A DNA stretch of 42,381 nt from a virus (IMGVR_UViG_3300023065_000008:1-42381); one strand, 5' to 3'; positions 1 through 9,300 are shown, counted from the first letter of the stretch. Numbers and translations: made by a program. The notes: a model not told the origin generated them from the sequence alone.

Positions 1-361
1 AGGCCGCCAGCGCCTGCATGGTCTTGCCGGCGACGAAGTCATCCGGCAGGCCGATGCGCACGGTGACTGTGACACCGCCTGCCATTGCTTCGGTCAGCTG
101 GTTGCTGACTGCGAGCAAATGACGTGCGTAGCCCAGCAGGGTCTCACCCGCGTCGGTCGGGTGAACCTCGCGGTTGCTGCGGTCGAGCAACTGCTGGCCG
201 ACCATTTCCTCGAGGCGGCGGACCTTCTGGCTGACGGTCGACTGAGTGGAATGCAAGCGCGCGGCGGCGGTGGTGAAGCTGCCGCAATCGGCGACCATGA
301 CAAGGGTGCGGAGCATGTCCAGGTCGTAGATGGCGCGGTTGGGTTTGGGGGAGTCTGGCAT
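1..361 (-). CDS. Host LysR-family transcriptional regulator (5' part, runs off the window)
   Basis: Manual translation from ATG 361: MPDSPKPNRAIYDLDMLRTLVMVADCGSFTTAAARLHSTQSTVSQKVRRLEEMVGQQLLDRSNREVHPTDAG, a typical LysR winged-HTH. Confidence 0.9.
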   Translation of the reverse strand, partial: MPDSPKPNRAIYDLDMLRTLVMVADCGSFTTAAARLHSTQSTVSQKVRRLEEMVGQQLLDRSNREVHPTDAGETLLGYARHLLAVSNQLTEAMAGGVTVTVRIGLPDDFVAGKTMQALAA

Positions 362-534
362 GGGGCGGGTTCAGCTTTCGGAGGGGGTGCTTGGAGCATG
401 ATGCCTGAAGCAAGGGTGCAAAGGACTGTGCCTGAGTGCGAGAGCCCTTTGTACGCGTGCATTGTCTGCTTGCCTCAATGTGCCGCTGTGGCGCGGACGC
501 GGCATTGAGTCTCGAAATGATTCGTTGGCTGTCT

Positions 535-626
535 GGCCTGATCGCAGGCAAGCCCGCTCATGCAGGTACAGTTCACGCTTATGACCGGTGGGAACCTGTA
601 GGAACGGGTTTACCCGCGATGAGGCC
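535..626. repeat. Inverted pair of P. putida-type REP elements (535-566, 595-626)
   Basis: GGCCTGATCGCAGGCAAGCCCGCTCATGCAGG and CCTGTAGGAACGGGTTTACCCGCGATGAGGCC are imperfect reverse complements with internal palindromes, in intergenic host DNA. Confidence 0.7.
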
Positions 627-727
627 CGTACAGGCCCGCGCAACTTCCAGGGATGAACACCGGGCCCTGACTTTGCGCCGGCCGCATGCAACGGGTGGCC
701 ACAACCTTGTGCCAATCCCAGAAACAC

Positions 728-753
728 AAAAGCCCCGAATAGTCGGGGCTTTT
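728..753. terminator. Bidirectional intrinsic terminator (original tRNA-Ser terminator)
   Basis: AAAAGCCCCGA-ATAG-TCGGGGCTTTT just beyond the duplicated tRNA 3' end. Confidence 0.85.
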
Positions 754-764
754 GATGAAAAAAG

Positions 765-824
765 TGGCGGAAGCGTAGAGATTCGAACTCTAGGATAGTT
801 GCCCATCGACGGTTTTCAAGACCG
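765..824. repeat. att core, left copy (duplicated 3' 60 nt of tRNA-Ser)
   Basis: TGGCGGAAGCGTAGAG...TTTTCAAGACCG is identical to 42268-42327; identity ends at the anticodon stem. Confidence 0.96.
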
Positions 825-861
825 GAGGATAAATCTATAAGCCACGCCGCTTGGGGGGTGG

Positions 862-943
862 AATCGATTCCAAAACAAAGGCGAAACGGCACGGCTACAA
901 GCCGCATACGGCAAGGCCTGCCGTTTCAGTTTTGGAATCGATT
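862..943. repeat. Long nested inverted repeat next to att
   Basis: AATCGATTCCAAAAC (862-876) / GTTTTGGAATCGATT (929-943) enclose GAAACGGCA (883-891) / TGCCGTTTC (919-927). Confidence 0.85.
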
Positions 944-987
944 TTTGCTACCATGGTAGTCTTCTTTCGAGCCGAGGAAGCCCTTTC

Positions 988-1536
988 ATGAGCACTTCCG
1001 AGACATTCACTTTTGATGTAAGCGCTTGTCCATGCAATGCGGGTCGGGTGGTGAAAAGGGTAACTTCGCAAGACAACCCTTGGAGCGGTGTCGACGTTAC
1101 CTTCAGCATTGAATGTCCTGCCTGTGCATCCGAGTGGAGAATTGACCGCACCATGATGGTCCTCCGCTCCAGTGAATCTGCATACCACGCAGCATTGGCG
1201 GCAGACCGAGCCGCCAGAGAGGCCGTTGATGCACTGGTGCAACCGCTGATAGAGCAGTTTCTGACGGAGCTATCAGCTCCGAACAAAAAGGCTTTGCATA
1301 CAGAGCTCACCAGACTGAACCTCACTACCCTGTCCTACCGGCAATTTCTGGAACACATCCGAAAAGGCAAGAATGCATCCGATGCGGTTACGTCTAGAAA
1401 TCTAGGTTGGCTCAGTTCGCTTGCTGATACACATGGTGTCAGGGACCACTTTGAAAAGCTGAGTCAAACGATGAAGTCGACCGGACAAGCCTGTACGCAT
1501 GCTCGCCAACAAGTGGTCCGAAAGAAAATTCAATGA
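988..1536 (+). CDS. Accessory (moron) protein, 182 aa, N-terminal CPC...CPAC putative Zn ribbon
   Basis: GAGGA RBS; extended -10 TGcTACCAT at 946-954; opposes the late operon; AT-richer than flanking genes. Confidence 0.75.
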   Translation: MSTSETFTFDVSACPCNAGRVVKRVTSQDNPWSGVDVTFSIECPACASEWRIDRTMMVLRSSESAYHAALAADRAAREAVDALVQPLIEQFLTELSAPNKKALHTELTRLNLTTLSYRQFLEHIRKGKNASDAVTSRNLGWLSSLADTHGVRDHFEKLSQTMKSTGQACTHARQQVVRKKIQ

Positions 1537-1694
1537 GCCTACAATAGGGCGGCGTCCTTCCAGTACTGCAGCAGTAGTGTGAGAAACAGACCTCAGGCCG
1601 CGCAGTTCGCGGCCTATGCATCGAGGCTGTCTAATATGCATTGGCGAGTTTGACCGACTTTCGCCCAGTAAAACCGAGTAGCTTTCGCGCAGTA

Positions 1695-2009
1695 TTAGAC
1701 AGCTGAAGCACCCCTCCCAGGCGTTCTGCCGACCACGATCCGTCCTGGCTCGTCCCTTTCCCACTCTTCCGCTGATTCATACATGAACAAGCCGATATGA
1801 TAGGCATCTTCGTACTCCATCAGCGCCCAGTATCTGGCAGCCTCAGCAAGCTCAAGCATGTCCGTCAGGTCTTCGGCACTGACCTCCCGCCGGCGATGCG
1901 CGGCATGGGCCATCTCGCCGAGCACGGCGGCCCGACCGTCTGGATCGGTGATCAAGGGAAATTGGTCGTCAAGCTCGGCCAGCCAGGCCAGCGGCAATCT
2001 GCTCATCAT
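1695..2009 (-). CDS. Hypothetical acidic protein, second gene of LexA-box cassette
   Basis: ATG 2009 overlaps the stop of 2006-2299 (ATGA coupling). Confidence 0.7.
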   Translation of the reverse strand: MMSRLPLAWLAELDDQFPLITDPDGRAAVLGEMAHAAHRRREVSAEDLTDMLELAEAARYWALMEYEDAYHIGLFMYESAEEWERDEPGRIVVGRTPGRGASAV

Positions 2010-2299
2010 TCCGCCCTGCACCACCACGACTGCGCATAGAGCACGCCGTCGATGTCTTCCACCCCATTGATGTTCATACCGAGTTGGGCCATGCCGTTGA
2101 CCTTGGCGTCATGCAGGCGCGGGATGATGTCCGGCCCGGGCGTCGGGTTGAACACCCAAGCCTGGGTGGCCACACGACCTAATGGCTCACTCTGGTGGTC
2201 ACCGATGTGGATATCGGCGCGCAGGGGCTTGATCTTCCTGAGCTGTTCGGGAGGGATGGCCACGCCATTCACGCGGCGGCGCACGAGGAGGAAGTACAT
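2006..2299 (-). CDS. Hypothetical protein, first gene of LexA-box cassette
   Basis: 97-aa ORF immediately downstream of an SOS box. Confidence 0.75.
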   Translation of the reverse strand: MYFLLVRRRVNGVAIPPEQLRKIKPLRADIHIGDHQSEPLGRVATQAWVFNPTPGPDIIPRLHDAKVNGMAQLGMNINGVEDIDGVLYAQSWWCRAE

Positions 2300-2308
2300 G
2301 GGGCACCG

Positions 2309-2330
2309 ATACTGTATAAAAATACAGTAT
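2309..2330. promoter_or_regulatory. LexA (SOS) box
   Basis: ATACTGTATAAAAATACAGTAT: CTG-N10-CAG at 2312-2327 with near-consensus AT-rich spacer, 12 bp upstream of ATG 2299. Confidence 0.85.
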
Positions 2331-2373
2331 CGTATAGGCGGGGCCCGCCGTGGGCAATTGCCGATCAGCGGAT

Positions 2374-2601
2374 CTAGTGCAGTGGGGGAAGATCTTTGCC
2401 GCGGGCTTGGGCCACGACTCGTAGCTGGTAATCGGAGACAGCCTGGAACAGCGACTCGGCCAGCAGGTGCAATCGCTCCACCTCTGCAGCTGGTAGCCCG
2501 GCGGCTTCTGCTGCGTGGTACTGCCGCATGGCCTCGATCGCCTGCTTGATGAGCGGCTCGCCTGCATCCACCAGCCCAATGAACGTCCGTTTCTCCACCA
2601 C
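2374..2601 (-). CDS. Small hypothetical protein after spanins
   Basis: 75-aa ORF with GGAG RBS, host-like codon usage. Confidence 0.65.
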   Translation of the reverse strand: MVEKRTFIGLVDAGEPLIKQAIEAMRQYHAAEAAGLPAAEVERLHLLAESLFQAVSDYQLRVVAQARGKDLPPLH

Positions 2602-2611
2602 CGTGCTCCGA

Positions 2612-3127
2612 TCAGTTGATCAGCGCATTATAGGACGCTTCGCACGCCAGCCCGGCTATTCGGGCACGGTCATAAGCTTTTGCCAGGTCTCCCGCTCGTT
2701 CATCAGCCCGTGCGAGCAAGTCGGAGAGCACCATGGCGGCGCGGGTGGCTGCCTGGCCTCGGGCGACAGCGGCGGTATCCGTGCCGGGGCAACTGATGGT
2801 GGCGGCGAGCTTTCCTGCTTCGTCGCGCAGCCGCTGGCCAGCAGCATCGGCGCCAGCAGCGCCAGTATCAGCAATCGTTCGTTCTTCTTGTGCATGGGCT
2901 CGCGCCTCCTCCTGCGCCTGGGCGCGTCGTTGTTCTTCCTGGCGGGCGCCGCGCTCGCCGATCACCTCGGCTAGACGGTCGCCGCTGTCTCGTTCTGCCG
3001 AAGCGGCGGAGGCCTCCGCCCTTTCTACCGACCGGCCATGCTGGTAGACACCGAAGTAGGACGCCAACATCAGCACCAGGGCAATGCAGCGAAGGGGCAC
3101 GCCGTATTTTGCTACCAGTTGTTCCAT
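2612..3127 (-). CDS. Rz-like inner-membrane spanin (DUF2514-type)
   Basis: N-terminal TM helix, long Ala-rich coiled coil, ending RARIAGLACEASY; in the lysis cluster. Confidence 0.85.
   Translation of the reverse strand: MEQLVAKYGVPLRCIALVLMLASYFGVYQHGRSVERAEASAASAERDSGDRLAEVIGERGARQEEQRRAQAQEEARAHAQEERTIADTGAAGADAAGQRLRDEAGKLAATISCPGTDTAAVARGQAATRAAMVLSDLLARADERAGDLAKAYDRARIAGLACEASYNALIN
2656..2895 (-). CDS. Rz1-like outer-membrane lipoprotein spanin, embedded in Rz in another frame
   Basis: Signal peptide with lipobox LASG-C, Pro-rich body, WCSPTCS. Confidence 0.8.
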   Translation of the reverse strand: MHKKNERLLILALLAPMLLASGCATKQESSPPPSVAPARIPPLSPEARQPPAPPWCSPTCSHGLMNERETWQKLMTVPE

Positions 3128-3429
3128 GCTTCCTCCCAGTCAGGCAGGTCTACCGTCTGGCCAGCAAGTGGATGGGTGCTGTCGCTCAGGTACTGGATGC
3201 GACCATCGGTGACGAAGGAATGGCAGACCGTTTCCCTGCTGCCCATCCGGTAGCGGCTCAAAACGGACGGCGTAAAGGTGGGAGCTTCGGCGTTGCCGTT
3301 GTACCCCCACCGAGGCCCGGAACCCGCTCCTACGTTCAGGCTGTGCGGAAGTTTGCACCCGCTGCAGAAGAACCACAGCGAACCATCCTCAGCCTGACCC
3401 AGGCAGCGGCCGATCGTCTTGATCGTCAT
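3112..3429 (-). CDS. Small Cys/His metal-binding protein (DUF6527-like)
   Basis: FFCSGC..PH, WGYNGN, PTFTPSV, CHSFVTDGRIQY motifs. Confidence 0.7.
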   Translation of the reverse strand: MTIKTIGRCLGQAEDGSLWFFCSGCKLPHSLNVGAGSGPRWGYNGNAEAPTFTPSVLSRYRMGSRETVCHSFVTDGRIQYLSDSTHPLAGQTVDLPDWEEAWNNW

Positions 3430-3863
3430 GCCAGCGCCCTCCGCACACCTTCATCAATGATCGCCGGCGGATAAGGATTGCCGCCGTTCTCGTGGATGAT
3501 GATGCTGACCACCATCCCGCGCAGCGTGGCCAGGTCCTTGATGTTGATCGGGTCAGTGGTGCGCACGCCGATCCGCTTGGCCACGGCGCCGGCGTAGGCC
3601 TGGGTGTCGTTCTCGTTGCTCGGCGCCCAGCGGTTGATGGTCTCGAGCACGGTGTCGATGCCCTTCCCGCCCACGCCTGGCATACCGTCCTTCCCCCGGT
3701 AGTTGATCAGCAGCTTGCCCAGCGCGCGGATACCGTTCTCGGGGGTGTCGAAGATGGCGAAGCGGCCACCAGGTTCTTTGCCAATCTGGCCCTGCCAGTC
3801 GTTGCGCGGGTTGAAATCGATGTTGCCGGGGTTGCGATTGCGTACGCCGCGTGGAGTGCTCAT
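3426..3863 (-). CDS. Putative endolysin (lysozyme-like, often annotated structural protein P5)
   Basis: RGVRNRNPGNI, FAIFDTPENGIRA, RWAPSNENDT..Y, IIIHENG motifs; upstream of the spanins. Confidence 0.7.
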   Translation of the reverse strand: MSTPRGVRNRNPGNIDFNPRNDWQGQIGKEPGGRFAIFDTPENGIRALGKLLINYRGKDGMPGVGGKGIDTVLETINRWAPSNENDTQAYAGAVAKRIGVRTTDPINIKDLATLRGMVVSIIIHENGGNPYPPAIIDEGVRRALA

Positions 3864-4090
3864 TGGGCAGCCTCCTCTGCCGGCGCGTCGGGCTCGATGT
3901 CTGCCGCCTCCTGGGCAGTTACGCGGACCTGGGCCGAGTAGCGCTTGATCAGCTGCGCGGTCAGCACCTCGGCGCCCGGCTGACTTTTCAGCAGCTCCCG
4001 GGCTGCGGTATCTGCCTCAGCCTCAGTGGCATATTCAACTGTGCGGATCGGGTCCAGAGCGTTGGTGCGGTTGATAACGATGAAGGGCAT
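3860..4090 (-). CDS. Hypothetical protein
   Basis: 76 aa, GGAG RBS, ATGA-coupled to the endolysin gene. Confidence 0.7.
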   Translation of the reverse strand: MPFIVINRTNALDPIRTVEYATEAEADTAARELLKSQPGAEVLTAQLIKRYSAQVRVTAQEAADIEPDAPAEEAAQ

Positions 4091-4105
4091 GGCTTTTCTC
4101 CAGGC

Positions 4106-4129
4106 AAAAAAATACCGCCAGGCGGCGGT
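4106..4129 (-). terminator. Intrinsic terminator after tail fibre genes
   Basis: ACCGCC/GGCGGT stem with a T-run on the minus strand. Confidence 0.65.
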
Positions 4130-4147
4130 CGGTAGGTTTGGTGCGGA

Positions 4148-4690
4148 TCAGGCGGGCAGCGCAGGCCAGGTGATGTCGTTGGGGTAGCCCTCCTGATCCG
4201 GCAGGCGGTTCAACGTCACGCGGAAGCGCTTCCATTCCTTCAACAGGGCCGCCTCCAGTTCGGTCGCCTCTTCGAGGTCGACTGCGTCCTGCAGTGGAGC
4301 AATGGCGGTATCGGCGATCGCACGCAGCCGGGCCGCTTCCTCATGCGCCTGCTGCAGCGGATCCGCCGGCACCGGCTCGGGTGGCTCTGGCGTTGGCAGC
4401 TCCTCCACAGCCACGTGCAAAGTGATGCTGTGCAGCAAGTCCGCCGGCTCACCATCCTTGGCGACGCTCACCAGCAGCACGCCGTCGGCGAAGCTGGTAG
4501 CCACGGAAGCACCGGCGTCCATCTGGTTGATCACGTACCCCCAGCCCTCCGGCGGCGGGCACATACCGAGGGTCCCGGCAATCAGGTACTGGCCTGGGCC
4601 GGGGTGATCGACGGTGATATCGGCCTTGCCGAGCGACGTGATGTCGATGATCGAACCGTCACCGAGAATATTGATTGCTGCTCTTGTCAT
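4148..4690 (-). CDS. Tail fibre assembly chaperone (Tfa-type C-terminus) with extra N-terminal domain
   Basis: IAPLQDAVDLEEAT..E...LKEWKRFRV.LNR...P..I.WP is the Tfa signature. Confidence 0.8.
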   Translation of the reverse strand: MTRAAINILGDGSIIDITSLGKADITVDHPGPGQYLIAGTLGMCPPPEGWGYVINQMDAGASVATSFADGVLLVSVAKDGEPADLLHSITLHVAVEELPTPEPPEPVPADPLQQAHEEAARLRAIADTAIAPLQDAVDLEEATELEAALLKEWKRFRVTLNRLPDQEGYPNDITWPALPA

Positions 4691-4692
4691 GC

Positions 4693-5274
4693 TCAGATCG
4701 CCTTCAATGTGCCGTCAGCGGCTCGGGTGGTATTGCCGGTGTGATAAATCGTATAAAACGGCGCGTTTGAGTAGTTTCCAGAACGGAATCCGATCTTTCC
4801 GTTGAAGCCCATCCAGAGTTGAGAGCCGTAGGTCGTCTGGAAAGGGAATCCCATCGCGATCATCGATCCACTCGTGACCCCTGTGTTCGCCACATACTGG
4901 GTTTCTGGATCTTGTATGGAGTAGAAGCCGGACGCGTATACGTTCATGGTGGCGGCAAGGGGGAGAGCTGTGGAGCCGAGCCCGAATGCGCCGTGCTGCA
5001 GGAGGTTGCCACTCGCTAAGCCGGCGTTAAGGGTTGCGGCACTGCCAAGGCCCAGGCCACTGCGCGCGGCGGCCGGGGTAGTGCCGCCCGTTCCGCCCCT
5101 GGCAACTGGCAGTGCAGCCGGCAGCGCAGTGGCTACGTCATCCCCCTGCGAGACGTTGGCTACCCAGTTGTATAACTCCGTGAAATTTGCCTTGGCCTTC
5201 ACCCAGGCAGATCGCCGGTCGTCGCCGCCAGCACCTGTTGGGGACGACCCGAGATTGATGACTTGCTTTGCCAT
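4693..5274 (-). CDS. Short side tail fibre protein
   Basis: MAKQVINLG...GDD.R.A..K...NF.ELY, LPVARGGTG.TT.AAAR.GLGLGSAAT, GAFGLG, YHTGNTTRAADGTLK fibre motifs. Confidence 0.75.
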   Translation of the reverse strand: MAKQVINLGSSPTGAGGDDRRSAWVKAKANFTELYNWVANVSQGDDVATALPAALPVARGGTGGTTPAAARSGLGLGSAATLNAGLASGNLLQHGAFGLGSTALPLAATMNVYASGFYSIQDPETQYVANTGVTSGSMIAMGFPFQTTYGSQLWMGFNGKIGFRSGNYSNAPFYTIYHTGNTTRAADGTLKAI

Positions 5275-5284
5275 TGGTTGTTCC

Positions 5285-6343
5285 TTAAAGAGGCTTCATG
5301 GGACGAGATGCGAAGAGCGTTCGACCATTGACGCTGGCGGGGTTGATACCATCGTGATTCTCGCAGTACATCTGCAGAACGCTTCGGTTGCCGGATAGGA
5401 ATCCACCGAAGTTCGGCCTCACCTGCTGCGTTGTCTGGCCTACGTTTGTGCTGGAAAACAGAGCGTTGCCGAGCACGTAGTCCTCATAGCTACCGGTCCA
5501 CGCCATCTGCGACGGTGAAGCGTAGTAACCCGTCCCCGTGATCGGCGTGCCTGCCGTGTAGAACGCGTTGATCGCGGGTTGGCTGTTGAGCAGAGACAAG
5601 TTGGCCGATGTGACGAACAGGCGATTTCCAGCTGCATCCCTGATGGAAATCCCATAATCCCCAGCCGGCGTGTTGGGCGCCATATAGCTCGCGCAGAACC
5701 ACTTAATAGCCATCGGATAATTTGCGATGTTCCCGTGGGCCTGTGTTGATGGATAGGCCCTGATACGAAAACCAGTCCAGTTGCCAGGCGATCCCATGAT
5801 GCGCAAGCTGCCAATCATCATGTAGTCAGCGGCGTTGAAGAAGATCAATGGCCGCTCATACGTGGTAACTGGCGCCGAAAATGCGACTTGCCCCCACTGG
5901 ATAAAGTTTCCAGATCCCGGTCCTTGCAGGCCAAGGTTCAATGCGCCGTTGTACCTGACCGTAAGCACTCTGTTTACCGCATCAATCTGGGTGCGAATGT
6001 TGTTATTGTTCGCGCGTATCCCGTAACTGCCGGTCGCTGCAAAAGGCTCTCCGCCTTGCGACAGAATCATCACCTGCCACTGCTGATTAAACGGACGTCG
6101 GAGCTGCAGCTGGCCCTGCGAATACCAAGCCTGCGGACTGTACGAACCGGAATCCCCGCCATCAAAAAGGGAGTCCACAACTACGAAGGACGCTGCCTGT
6201 ATTTCGGGTATGGCGATGTACTGGTCAAGGGCATTATTGCCAGTTACCTGCATCATCTTGAGCGAGCGGATCGGGGTAATTGTGGTGTCGAAAGTTATCG
6301 CCCCAGACGCATCTCGCGTCCGGAGCCCATACTGAACTGCCAT
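5285..6343 (-). CDS. Tail-tip accessory protein, 352 aa
   Basis: Follows J; three YG(L/I)xxxxxxG-like beta repeats. Confidence 0.65.
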   Translation of the reverse strand: MAVQYGLRTRDASGAITFDTTITPIRSLKMMQVTGNNALDQYIAIPEIQAASFVVVDSLFDGGDSGSYSPQAWYSQGQLQLRRPFNQQWQVMILSQGGEPFAATGSYGIRANNNNIRTQIDAVNRVLTVRYNGALNLGLQGPGSGNFIQWGQVAFSAPVTTYERPLIFFNAADYMMIGSLRIMGSPGNWTGFRIRAYPSTQAHGNIANYPMAIKWFCASYMAPNTPAGDYGISIRDAAGNRLFVTSANLSLLNSQPAINAFYTAGTPITGTGYYASPSQMAWTGSYEDYVLGNALFSSTNVGQTTQQVRPNFGGFLSGNRSVLQMYCENHDGINPASVNGRTLFASRPMKPL

Positions 6344-9300
6344 TAGGTCATTCTCCCCACCCCAGTGCGCTCAATGTTATTGAGGTCGTAGACGTACACG
6401 CCGCCATTGTTGATCAGCGTCGAGCCGTTGGCGTCTTGGCCACGCACAGTGAACGATCCGGTAACTAGGTTGATTTCAATAAGCGGCAAGCCCTGAGCGT
6501 TGACCGCCTGCGACTTCAGCGTCATGCCCAGCACCAGATCCTGGATGAACGCCTTATTGATCACCGCTTGGTTGATGAACACCTGCCCATTGGAAACAAC
6601 GAACGGGAGGGTTACCTGGCCAGACGACTCGTCAACAATGGCGAAGCGCTGGGCATAGGCCAGGATCTCGGCGGTTTGCCCATCGCTCCCCAGCGCCAGA
6701 CCGGCCATTACCCGCCGGCCGCCCGAGATGGTCTCTGCCTTGATGGTCGTCATGGCCGAAACCCGTCCATCCACCCCGGCAACCGTCTCAGAGACCTGCT
6801 GGACAGTCGCGCTGACGATCTGCACCGAGCTTTGAACCCCATCAACCTGGCCTTGCACACCATCAACCTGGCCTTGCACGACCTCGACTTGGGACTGCAC
6901 GGTGTCAACCCGCCTACCAGTTGCTATGCCGCCTTCGATCCGGGCGGACTGCTCCGTCCAGACCCCGACAAAGCTGCCGGTAGCGCCTGCCAGGCCGGTC
7001 GCATCACCTTCCATTTCCGGGTTCACCTGGACATAAAGGCCGTCGATCCGGTTCGCCTGAGCAGTGATCGCGGTTCCCTGTTGCGTCACGGCGGTATTCA
7101 GCTGGCTGATGGCCGTGGCCTGGCCACTTACTGCCCGAGCCGATGGTCCGGCCACGAAAGGCGAAGGCGTATTGCTCTCGCCTACCCGCTTTTCGATCAT
7201 GACCGAGTCGATGACGACTGAGTGGTTCGCCAGGCCTGACCTGTTGAAATACACCGTTATGCCGACTCTGGCGCTGTCGGTGACCGTTATCGGGAACACC
7301 ATACGGGTCCTGGTCATCGGCTGCGTTTGCCGCGCTGACAGTCGATGACTGCCGTTGTACAGGGAAATGTCCATCTGACCTGCGGCCGAAGCGATCACAA
7401 ACATCGATACCAAGTACACGCCTGGCTCAATGGACACGTTCCACCCCGCCAGGTTGTTGGTAGGGCAAAGCATCACCCATGAGCCCGCGATACCGTCGGA
7501 AAACACCGAGATACCGAACCCCGAGTCAGCCGCTGCTACTGCTGCGCCCTCCCTGGCGGTACCGGAGTTAACGGAAATGGCAGGCAAGGTGGTCGACGTC
7601 AGCCAGCTGTAATCGTCCGCCAATAGGTTCGACCCACTGCCACCGATTCCGCCGATGGTGCTCTGCAGCTGGGTGACTGCCTGGCCCTGGGACGTCAGCG
7701 TGGTGCCCTGCTGCGTCACGGTGCTCTGCAGCGCCTGCAGCGCGCTGTTGTCCGCCTTGCCTGCGACAGCGTTGTTCAGCTGGGTGATGGCAGACCCTTG
7801 GCTGGAGACCGCTCCCTCCGTTGCGGAAACCCGAGCGTCGACGGATTGCAGCGCGCTCGCCTGAGCATTGTCCTGGCCGGCGCGCTTGCGGGCAGTCGGC
7901 GAGGACAGAAACACATCGCTGGCATCGCCTGCCGACACGCGGAAGGTCATCGCCATTCGTACGCAACCAGCCGGCACCGTGGCCTGCCCCGTCAGCTTCG
8001 TCCAGGTTTGTCCCACAGTCGTGAGGCGAACCCCATCCCCCGCTGCCACCACCCAGTTATGACCGACGCTGGCTCCTTCAAGGTCGTAGAACTGAATCCA
8101 CAACCCGTGCTGACGCGCCACCGAGCTGTAGGCATACAACTCGAAGTCATAGACCTCGCCGGCCGCAACCGAGATTTGTGAGGTCACCGCATTCTCGGGA
8201 GGCCGGACATTCAGGGCGCTCTGGAAGCCCAGGTAGGTGTTGCCGGTAGCTGTTGCCACAGGCCATTTCACTACCCGGGGCGAAGGCGCCCCTGCAGGCA
8301 CAGACGCATCATTGCGCGCCAGCACGCTGAATCCTGGAGAACCAGAGAACACCGGGCCATCCGCGAATGTCGGGTTGAACAGAAGGTTCTCAGCGGACAA
8401 GACGCCAACCGATGCCTTGATGTTGGTGATCTCACTTCCTTGTGCCGTGATTGTCGATCCCTGCTGGCTTACCGTATTGCTCAGGTCCTGGACTGTGGAG
8501 GCATCGGCCTTGCTCGCCACTTGGGTGAGCGCGCTGGCCGCAGCTGCAGCCGCATCCGTGGCCACCTTGTCCGTCACGGCCACCCAGGCGCTGCCGCTCC
8601 ACCGCTTGGGCGTGTTGGCATTACCCGTGGTGTCGATCCAAAGGTTTTGAGTCAGGCGGTCGGCCACCGCCGGCGCGGTCGACTGGTACAGCACCTTGCC
8701 CTTGGCGCCTGCCGCATCCGCCGCCGCCTGGGCGGCCTGCTGAGCAGCAGTGACGTTCTGGTTGGTCGTGGTCAGGCTGTTCGACAAGCCGGTGAGCGCC
8801 TGGCCCTGCGAGGTGATGGTGTCGCCCTGCTGGGTAACCTTGGACGATATCGAATCGACAACGGATGCATCAGCCTTGGTCTGCGCCAGCGCCAGTGCCG
8901 AGGCCGCGGCCGCAGCCGCATCTGTTGCCGCCTTGTCGGTCACCGCGACCCACGCCGAACCACTCCAGCGTTTTGGAGTGTTGGCGCTGCCGGTGGTATC
9001 GATCCAGAGGTTTTGCGCCAGGCGGTCAGCGGTCGCAGGTGCAGCCGACTGGATAATCACCTTGCCCTTGCCGCCGGCCAGGGTGTTGGCGGCGTTTGCG
9101 GCTTGCTGGGCAGCGGTGACATTCTGGTTGGTGATGGTCAGGCTGGACTGCACGCCGTCGATCCGCTCGGCCTGAGCTGTCAGCTTGCCCTCCTGCTCGG
9201 TGACCTTCGTCTCGACCGTGGTCACTCGGGCTGCCAGGCCGTTCGCCGTTTGCACCGCCTGGCCGATGTCTGTCCAGTAGGTGGCGTTTGGCGGCGGGTT

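Noticed and set aside
765-824. Second tRNA gene
   Set aside because: Only the 3' 60 nt are present; the D-arm and 5' acceptor strand are missing, so it is the att duplication
94-907. Several ORF-track calls at the left end
   Set aside because: Alternative frames over the LysR gene, REP elements and the att core
899-918. AAGCC-N11-GGCCT as partner site for the second recombinase
   Set aside because: Same geometry as 28130-28146 but the 7-bp spacers differ, so exchange between them is unlikely
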